DNA of 64,000 bases from a bacterium (GTDB taxonomy: Bacteria; Bdellovibrionota_C; UBA2361; CALJRW01). The first letter of the stretch is position 1. Every line of letters starts with the position of its first letter. The notes beneath the pieces were generated by a model, which was not told the origin of the DNA, did no database searches, and saw nothing but the letters and a program-made list of their open reading frames with translations. Where the stretch lies: positions 15,375 through 79,374 of the forward strand of contig JANNBC010000016.1 in the NCBI GenBank assembly GCA_031385045.1, given 5' to 3'. This document shows positions 57,495-64,000 of this stretch, piece by piece. The translations under genes were made by a program, and so were the position numbers.

Positions 57495-58823
57495 CACAAG
57501 TGTCCCGTTAAGAACTGAATAAATTCAACTGCTTATCTCCGTCGTCTTCCTTTTCAACCTCATCAATCTCCTGAAACGCTTGTAAAATGGGAGTTTTCTC
57601 AAATAATCCAATACTTAAAAACTGTAGAATTGAGTATAAACTTTGCTCGATTTTTAGTTGTTTTTTAACAATTGCAACTAACAGATAAGCGGAAACTGCG
57701 ATCCAAATTTGAGTGTAAACAGCATTTCTAGATTTCTAGAATTACCAAAAAATGACTTAATTCTAAGATGTTGTTTAATCCACTTGAAAAACAATTCTAC
57801 CTGCCATCTGGATTTATAAAGATCTGCAATTGTCATAGCAGATAAGGTAAAGTTGTTCGTTAAGAAAATTAAATAACGTTCATGTTCCGAATCGTAATAT
57901 TTAATTCGCCTTAGTTTCTCAGGATAATTTCTTGCTGATTCTTGTGAAGTAAGTTTTATTGTTTGATCAGATCTTATGCCTGTCTTTTTATCAACTCGAT
58001 TTGAGTAAACTCTTTTGTAAGCTAATCCCTTCTTAGCTCTGATAATAAAAAATGCGGAACAAAGTACAAATCGATAGAGCCTTTTAAAATCAATATAACC
58101 ACGATCTAAAATGTAGATTGAGCCAGCTTCTAAGATTAAGTTATCTAAGGCAACAACATCCGCTTGTGTTGCTTCAGATAAGTCAATAAATACTGGGATA
58201 TTCCCATGTAAATCTAATTGAGTATGTAACTTAATTCCACCTTTCGTTTCTCTAAAATGTGCCCAGGGGAAGACTGATAAACATAAACTTATTATACTGG
58301 CATCAAACGCATAAACTGAATTTTCAAGTTCCACTCCAAAAGGCTCATCAACATAAAGTTTTTAAGCTTTCTGGATTAGCAGCCCTGCAAAGTCTCGATA
58401 AATTCTCCAGTCACGTTTGTTGTTAGCGACTGCTAATGTATTGCGAGCAATCTTATTGCGGATACCAACATGATAAATTTTCTTACCAAAAGATCTTAAG
58501 CAAATTTCAATATCACGAAGACTTTCTCTGTGTGTTAATTGTGCAAACAGCATACACAAAAACTGATCCCAACAAGAAAAGTTTCTTACACGATAGTTGC
58601 CTTCATATTTATCAACTATCCTACGAAACTGTCTTTTTGGAAGGAACGAAATTAACTGTGAAAAGATTAACTTACCTTCATTCATCCTTGCCTCTTAAAT
58701 TTTCTTTAAGAAACAAATATAGATATTTTTTAATTTCAAATCGCGGACAAGGAAAATTACTCGATTTAATAGTCAATTCGATAGGTTATCTGCTTTTAGT
58801 GAGTTTTAAACGGGACAGTAGTG
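57495..58823 (-). mobile_element. IS4-family insertion sequence (1,329 bp) with an inactivated transposase
   Basis: Imperfect ~25-bp terminal IRs: CACAAGTGTCCCGTTAAGAACT at 57495 and, at the other end, the reverse complement of CACTACTGTCCCGTTTAAAACT. It is flanked by the 9-bp direct repeat ATTAGGTTT at 57486-57494 and 58824-58832. Confidence 0.85.
57518..58685 (-). pseudogene. IS4-family DDE transposase (DUF4372 N-terminus) with one in-frame stop and one frameshift
   Basis: 'FSCWDQFLCMLFAQLTHRESLRDIE', 'YAFDAS', 'YILDRGY' and 'YKSRWQVELFFKWIK' (the Y-R-E-K signature). There is an in-frame TAA at 58362-58364 and a frame change after 'FFGNSRN' near 57700. The C-terminus continues in another frame to 57518. 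Confidence 0.85.
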
Positions 58824-60055
58824 ATTAGGTTTAGACATTTTAGTTGCTCATATTTCTTTACCCAGTTGATTTGTTTATTGTGTTGATAGCGCCAGACTAT
58901 CTTTTTATTTGGATCTACTTCTAATACTTGACCATAATAATCCAGCGAAATTAGCGTGTTCCCATTTTTTAATCTCTGCGCACTTCCACCTTGATCGTTC
59001 ATTAGATCAGGAGTGCTATATTCCCAAACTATTTTTTTAGTCAAAGGATCAATCTCTATAACTCGGGCTGGAACGGCATACTTTCCATTGAAATAATATC
59101 TTCCATTTGGGTCGTTATAGGAATTATCCAAGAAAATAATATTACCCTCGCCAGGAAAATCTTTGGGAATTAATTTTGCCTCATGGGGCCCTGTTAGATT
59201 GAGTAAGTCTCTCTGGTCAAGAGTCCAAAGAACTTTATTGTTTAGGATATCTAAGATAAAAATCGTAGTAATATTTCTAGCCGTAATTAGTAAATTGCCC
59301 GGTAAGAATTCTGGATGATTTTTTAGCCTGGTAGGTAAGGTTTCTTCTTCAAATAAATCAATTGAATTGGCGTGAGTCCAATCTAGTAAGTTGCTATCCA
59401 TATGCGAGTAAAAGAAATCTCTGTTAATGCTCTGACATGGAGCAAGTCCACAAGTAAAAGGTTTCCAGCTATTACTAAAATTCCATTTGATAGCTTGCTG
59501 GTTATTGGAGTCAAACTTAATAATAGCATCTTCAATAACATTATAGCTTACATTTTTGATCTTAATTTTTTTCTGAGTATCGTTTTCAGAGATGGCATAG
59601 ATCTCGCCAGTTTTATTTTTTAATAAATCATGGTGGAAATTTTCTCCTTCTATACTGTGTTCGATATTAATACTTTCATTTAAATTATATTCTTTAATGG
59701 AATTAAGATTTGTCAAAAGGTTACAGTTATCTAGCAGATGAGCACGATGGGCAATTTGATGCCAAGTCTTGATTATTGCTCCTGTGTTATCGATCAGCTC
59801 GATTTGAGGTGTTTTGCTTGTTACAATCAGAGTCAATCCAGGCGAGGTTTCTAGCGGGGCAATTTGTTGTATCTCTCTTGTCCAACAATCATGTTGAGTG
59901 CAACGAGCAAAATTTGTTTTTTTGCTGATTGGTTGGGGTGTTTGGTTTTGAAGGGTGTAATATTGTTGAATGCTAGCAATTCCTAATAGAATAAATACTG
60001 CTGATAGTACCCACCAAGCATATTTAAGTAGCAAAAATTTGTTATTAGAAAGCAT
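58796..60055 (-). CDS. arylsulfotransferase (ASST)-like beta-propeller protein, with the last codons replaced by the IS end
   Basis: 419 aa with an N-terminal TM helix. 'LLDWTHANSID' and repeated propeller-like segments. The final 9 residues (ITTVPFKTH) are encoded by the IS inverted repeat. Confidence 0.6.
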   Translation of the reverse strand: MLSNNKFLLLKYAWWVLSAVFILLGIASIQQYYTLQNQTPQPISKKTNFARCTQHDCWTREIQQIAPLETSPGLTLIVTSKTPQIELIDNTGAIIKTWHQIAHRAHLLDNCNLLTNLNSIKEYNLNESINIEHSIEGENFHHDLLKNKTGEIYAISENDTQKKIKIKNVSYNVIEDAIIKFDSNNQQAIKWNFSNSWKPFTCGLAPCQSINRDFFYSHMDSNLLDWTHANSIDLFEEETLPTRLKNHPEFLPGNLLITARNITTIFILDILNNKVLWTLDQRDLLNLTGPHEAKLIPKDFPGEGNIIFLDNSYNDPNGRYYFNGKYAVPARVIEIDPLTKKIVWEYSTPDLMNDQGGSAQRLKNGNTLISLDYYGQVLEVDPNKKIVWRYQHNKQINWVKKYEQLKCLNLITTVPFKTH

Positions 60056-60190
60056 TGCTTAATTTTTGAGTTATCCAATTCTGAAGATAGGACAACTAGT
60101 ATTAATTAGCCACGATCAACATCAAGATGATATTGATTGGCTAGAAAAGTTAATACTTTTTATAAAACTGAGAAAAACACTATTAAGTAC

Positions 60191-60868
60191 TTAATCTTGC
60201 AAGATTCGAACCAATGTATAAAGGCCAATTTCTCCTGCCACAAAGAGCGAATATGATTTGCCACTTTCTAAAGTTAGATTTTGACTTATCACTTGTCTTG
60301 AATCAACGGAGCGTGTCGCTGAAAAATTCAAAGTTGAGCTAGGATCTAGACTAATTATTTGATACTCTGAATCACTGCCAAAGCTAACCCTACCTGAATT
60401 AGCAGAGTTGAAGCTGAAATCTATTGTCGTAGCTCCTACGGTAGCATCAATAACGCGAACCGCAATCTTTCCTTCAGGAATATTACCACTAAAACCGTCT
60501 GTTAAAATTTTTGTTCCAGTACCAAGGCCACTTCTGTTGCCAAAGACTAATAGTGAGTATTTACCATTCGGGTTGACGTTAAGTGTCTTTTCCGAAATAG
60601 CATTTAAGGCGTCTGCACGACGAAATAGTTGAAGAGTTTGATTTCCTTCTGGTAGTTTAAAATATCGAAAAACTTCAGCAAACTCAGCTTCTGTAAGCAC
60701 TTTTCCGTCTGCCAGTTTAATACTTAAAGGTTCTAAATCAAGTACTCCATGCAGGATGCGTACTCCACTATCAGCACCACGATCTGAATTAGTAGATTCT
60801 CCACCACCACCGCCCCCGCAGGCAGATAGGACAAGCAAAGTAATAAGCAAATAAATTCGGCTAAACAT
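60191..60868 (-). CDS. lipoprotein with a DUF4397-like domain
   Basis: Lipobox 'LVLSACGGGGG'. 'GVRILHGVLDLEPLSIKLADG' is DUF4397-like. Confidence 0.55.
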   Translation of the reverse strand: MFSRIYLLITLLVLSACGGGGGGESTNSDRGADSGVRILHGVLDLEPLSIKLADGKVLTEAEFAEVFRYFKLPEGNQTLQLFRRADALNAISEKTLNVNPNGKYSLLVFGNRSGLGTGTKILTDGFSGNIPEGKIAVRVIDATVGATTIDFSFNSANSGRVSFGSDSEYQIISLDPSSTLNFSATRSVDSRQVISQNLTLESGKSYSLFVAGEIGLYTLVRILQD

Positions 60869-61659
60869 TATTCAGTTTCTCCTGTAAGTTCTGGTTTAAC
60901 AATCACTGTTCCAGGCTCAAGTCCTAATTTTGCTTCTAATTGTGCTCCGCCATCCGGAGCAAAAATATTAACATCATAAATACTTGCTAAAAAAGTTTGG
61001 CCAATTACATCATATCCAGTATTGTTGGGATGAAGTCCATCTGGAATATTAAATAAGTAGCATGCTCGATCTCCGGCACAAGTGGTGATCCAGGCTTTTT
61101 CAATATCAGCAAGCACTACTTGATTTCGAGTGGCAAGCTCTCTAATAATTCGACTGAATTCTGCCGTAAAAATATCTCGCCCAGAATGGTTGCAACAGGT
61201 TGGTAGGATAGTAAACAAAACTACCTGCTTCCCTTGAGCTTTAGCAATGTTAATTGCTTTTTGCATTTGTAGTAGGTATTCCGAAGTGCTGACTTGAATT
61301 ACTAAGTCATTAGTTCCCTCTAAGATTCCAACAATGTCCGCATTATTATTAGCAATTGAACTAGGAAATCTAAAGATGCCCTCAGTGGAAAATACTTCAC
61401 CACGCACTGAGGCATTCACTGTCGCTAGTCCTGCTAGTTCGCGCACTCGCTTTAGATATCCGGCACTTCCATTTGTTGGATCAGGATCTTCAACTATCTC
61501 CCCAGGTAGTTCATAATCACCTTGTCCAAAGGAAATACTATCTCCAAAGGCAACGACAGTAACCAATCCATCCCCATTCACATCCTGCAGTATGCTTTGA
61601 GCGGCAACAGGATTTACGAATAAAGGTATAAACATAAAAAGGCTAAAGATCTTTTTCAT
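60868..61659 (-). CDS. secreted SGNH/GDSL-family hydrolase
   Basis: Block I 'VVAFGDSISFG', block III 'GTND', block V 'DGLHPN'. N-terminal 'DVNGDGLV' is dockerin/EF-hand-like. Confidence 0.8.
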   Translation of the reverse strand: MKKIFSLFMFIPLFVNPVAAQSILQDVNGDGLVTVVAFGDSISFGQGDYELPGEIVEDPDPTNGSAGYLKRVRELAGLATVNASVRGEVFSTEGIFRFPSSIANNNADIVGILEGTNDLVIQVSTSEYLLQMQKAINIAKAQGKQVVLFTILPTCCNHSGRDIFTAEFSRIIRELATRNQVVLADIEKAWITTCAGDRACYLFNIPDGLHPNNTGYDVIGQTFLASIYDVNIFAPDGGAQLEAKLGLEPGTVIVKPELTGETE

Positions 61660-62015
61660 ATTTAATTATTTAGTAAAAAGAGTGGGAGGTAGTAACATTA
61701 TTGGGGTTTTTCTTACTGTTTGGAGAAATATCAATCATACTTTTATTTTTAGTATTTTGGCGATCTCCAACATTTATCATCGTAAAATAAAACTAAATAC
61801 CCTAATTTGTCGCCATGATTTGTTTTTAGGTTCGAGGTCGTGGCAACTAGGAACTTTTAATATAGTTGGTTATATAGCCTTTTTATATTAGTTTTTAAAG
61901 TAATTCTTTCCTCTCGAAGATATCCTTATTTTTGAATACTCTTATACCTCCTAGGCAAGCAATCTCATGATGGCTTGATTATAAAACAGCTCTAAGCTAA
62001 ATTTTTGGCGTCATA

Positions 62016-63074
62016 ATGAAATTAAATCGTATGCCTATAAAACCATTTCTGCTTTCAACTGTTGCATTGTTAATTGGCATTATGATCTCTTTGGCTGTAG
62101 TCGAAGTTGGAGTTCGAAGCTTTAATTTGGACGAACAAAAACTCCCTGACTGGGAAGATCGACCACATAAATATTTCTTGCATGAGGGTGTACATAGTCT
62201 ACAGGATCAGCACCAAGCCTTATTAAAGAGCAAAGATACCTTAAGAATTGGTGTGATTGGTGATTCCTTTACATTTGGACCTTATCTGCAGGTTGATGAT
62301 ACATTTCCATCTAGATTAGAACGGTGGTGGAATCTAAATAAGGAACAGCAAAAAGTTGAGGTCATTAATTATGGAATTACGGGACTTTCTACTTGGCAAG
62401 AAATTGAACTTGTAAAAAAAGCTCTAAGCGAAGACGTGGATATGCTAATATTAGCAGTGACTCTAAATGATCCTGAGCTTGTTAACTATAACCCAAGCGA
62501 TAATAAAGTTAATAAGTTTGGTCAACCAATTGCTGATACCTGGCTTCGAAGAGAATGGAAAACATGGCATTTGATTCAGGATCGATTGGAAAATTATAGG
62601 TCTGTTAGTAAATATAAAAATTATTTTCATGATCTTTGGTATAATAATGATACCTATGGCAGGTTTCAAAGCTCAGTCAAGGAAATAGCCGAACTTAGTC
62701 AGCAGCATCAGGTTCCTATTGTTGCTGTAATTTTTCCAACATTTGGATTTCTAAATGATCAAAGCTACCCATTCTTTGATCTTCATAGCCGTGCTAAAGA
62801 AGCCATGGAAGCTGTCGCAATTAAAACCTTAGATCTTTTTAAGGGCTATCGGCATATTCCACTTGATCGCTTGACCGTACTTCCCGGCAGAGATCGGCAT
62901 CCAAACGAGATTGCTCATCGGATTGCTGCGGAGAAAATTTATAATTGGTTGCGGCACAAAAATATTTTACCTAAAAAGATTTTTGCTAAAACAGTTTCTC
63001 CCAACAGGACTTCACCGCTGTTTCAAACTAATAGAACAAGGTTAAAGATCGCCAGTGCGGATGCTGCAACTTAA
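62016..63074 (+). CDS. membrane-anchored SGNH/GDSL-like hydrolase
   Basis: N-terminal TM helix. 'IGVIGDSFTFG', 'LNDPE' and 'DRHPNEIAHR'. Confidence 0.7.
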   Translation: MKLNRMPIKPFLLSTVALLIGIMISLAVVEVGVRSFNLDEQKLPDWEDRPHKYFLHEGVHSLQDQHQALLKSKDTLRIGVIGDSFTFGPYLQVDDTFPSRLERWWNLNKEQQKVEVINYGITGLSTWQEIELVKKALSEDVDMLILAVTLNDPELVNYNPSDNKVNKFGQPIADTWLRREWKTWHLIQDRLENYRSVSKYKNYFHDLWYNNDTYGRFQSSVKEIAELSQQHQVPIVAVIFPTFGFLNDQSYPFFDLHSRAKEAMEAVAIKTLDLFKGYRHIPLDRLTVLPGRDRHPNEIAHRIAAEKIYNWLRHKNILPKKIFAKTVSPNRTSPLFQTNRTRLKIASADAAT

Positions 63075-63206
63075 CACCCTTTTTGGTCAGCCTGTGTTCA
63101 ATTAATGTGTCCATCGAGCTTTAAGTAATTGACGAAATTTGTAGTTTACATTTTAAGCTGAACAAGTATAAATTAAATCCAAATTAATAAATCTAAGGAA
63201 TTAGTC

Positions 63207-64000
63207 ATGAAATCAATAATATTATTAACTGGCATACTCACTTGCTTGGCATTCTCAGCCTGTAATGGAGGCTCTAGTGATGGGGGCTTACTAGATAATT
63301 CTGGTGAAAGTAAAGTTTACTTAGTCGAGGCTAATGTTGTTAGTGATAATTGTGGAGAGCGGGTTGCTCCTGTTAGACAGTTTTTTACCTTGGAAGGTTC
63401 TACCTTAGATACCTCAATTATTAAGTTGGGTATTCAAGAAATCGATGGCGTATTGCAAGGAGGGTTCTCAGAATCAAACGGAGATTGTGCTAGGGAATAT
63501 GATATCGCTTGGACTGGCGCAGAGATATCTCTTTTTTCACGTTCTGTTTGTGGAAGCTTTACTTGTGAAACTAAATGGCAAGGAACGGCTACGGAATCTT
63601 CGCAGTTAGAAAAAGATAGTGAGAATTCTATTAATCAAAAGGTGCGAGGAGAGAATTGTAATGGGAATGTTCCTTTGAGTCTTGGTTATCGACCATCATC
63701 ATTTGAGTGTAATGGAAACGCTAGTCTTCTGCTAAGGGGCGATGCCTTAAGAAGTAATTATAGCGTTGTGGTTCGTCGTGATGGTCAGTTTAATGACCGC
63801 GATCCAGGGAATCCAACCTGCGGAACAAATTTTTGCAGTCCTTATAAGACTCAAAAAAGAATTGAGTTGCCTGAGTATCAGGTGAATTGTTTAGGTGATA
63901 GTGGTTATTCTGCAAATTATATCCCAGTAAAACGTATCTCAATTAAATTCTCAGCTTTGGTAACTAATCCAAATGATATTTCACAGTTTGAACAATATTG
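63207..64000 (+). CDS. Cys-rich lipoprotein, 5' partial (runs off the window end)
   Basis: AAGGAA lies upstream of ATG 63207. Lipobox 'LAFSACNGG'. The frame is open to nt 64000. This ORF is absent from the ORF track because it has no stop within the window. Confidence 0.6.
   Translation, partial: MKSIILLTGILTCLAFSACNGGSSDGGLLDNSGESKVYLVEANVVSDNCGERVAPVRQFFTLEGSTLDTSIIKLGIQEIDGVLQGGFSESNGDCAREYDIAWTGAEISLFSRSVCGSFTCETKWQGTATESSQLEKDSENSINQKVRGENCNGNVPLSLGYRPSSFECNGNASLLLRGDALRSNYSVVVRRDGQFNDRDPGNPTCGTNFCSPYKTQKRIELPEYQVNCLGDSGYSANYIPVKRISIKFSALVTNPNDISQFEQY

Noticed and set aside
1-64000. CRISPR arrays, rRNA genes, intact prophage or known defence systems (RM, CBASS, Thoeris and similar)
   Set aside because: No regularly spaced direct repeats were seen, and no cas-like, methyltransferase, cyclase/TIR or rRNA-like sequences. 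Only one tRNA was found.

Overview
AT-rich bacterial chromosomal window. By eye, gene content and low GC resemble a Bdellovibrionota/Oligoflexia-type organism, but this taxonomic guess is low confidence. Positions 1-39.8 kb are a densely packed housekeeping core. It holds phoH/HD-domain protein/ybeY, alaS, tpx, cinA, an M23 peptidase, ruvX, mltG, a MoxR-DUF58-BatA-VWA operon, trxB, an RluA-family synthase, rnhA and two SLT transglycosylases. It continues with mnmG, an isolated pilQ secretin followed by two lipoprotein genes, accBC, a DUF1573 protein, a membrane J-domain protein, SRP RNA-dnaX-ybaB-recR and tRNA-Asn(GTT). Directly downstream of tRNA-Asn (39.9-47.8 kb) the character changes. Four degenerate direct repeats of the tRNA 3' end partition a graveyard of decayed integrated elements. 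These include a serine-recombinase remnant, two rve-integrase remnants and a frameshifted ORF6N gene, with cargo of orphan secreted proteins. The tRNA-proximal segment carries only one two-gene module, a GHKL (RsbW/SpoIIAB-like) ATPase plus a DUF4325/STAS-like protein. This is my best candidate for an undescribed conflict or partner-switching system. A 228-bp nested inverted-repeat element at 47.1-47.3 kb is unexplained. Positions 47.9-64 kb are accessory-looking envelope and glycan genes: an orphan binding protein, GT2 plus a PIG-L-like protein, an M48 protease, a capsule-synthesis-like protein, an arylsulfotransferase-like protein, a DUF4397 protein and two SGNH hydrolases. This stretch also has a frameshifted histidine phosphatase and an inactivated IS4-family element with intact 9-bp target duplications. 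dnaX contains an E. coli-type A_AAA_AAG slippery site inside an A10 run. No CRISPR array or rRNA was seen.
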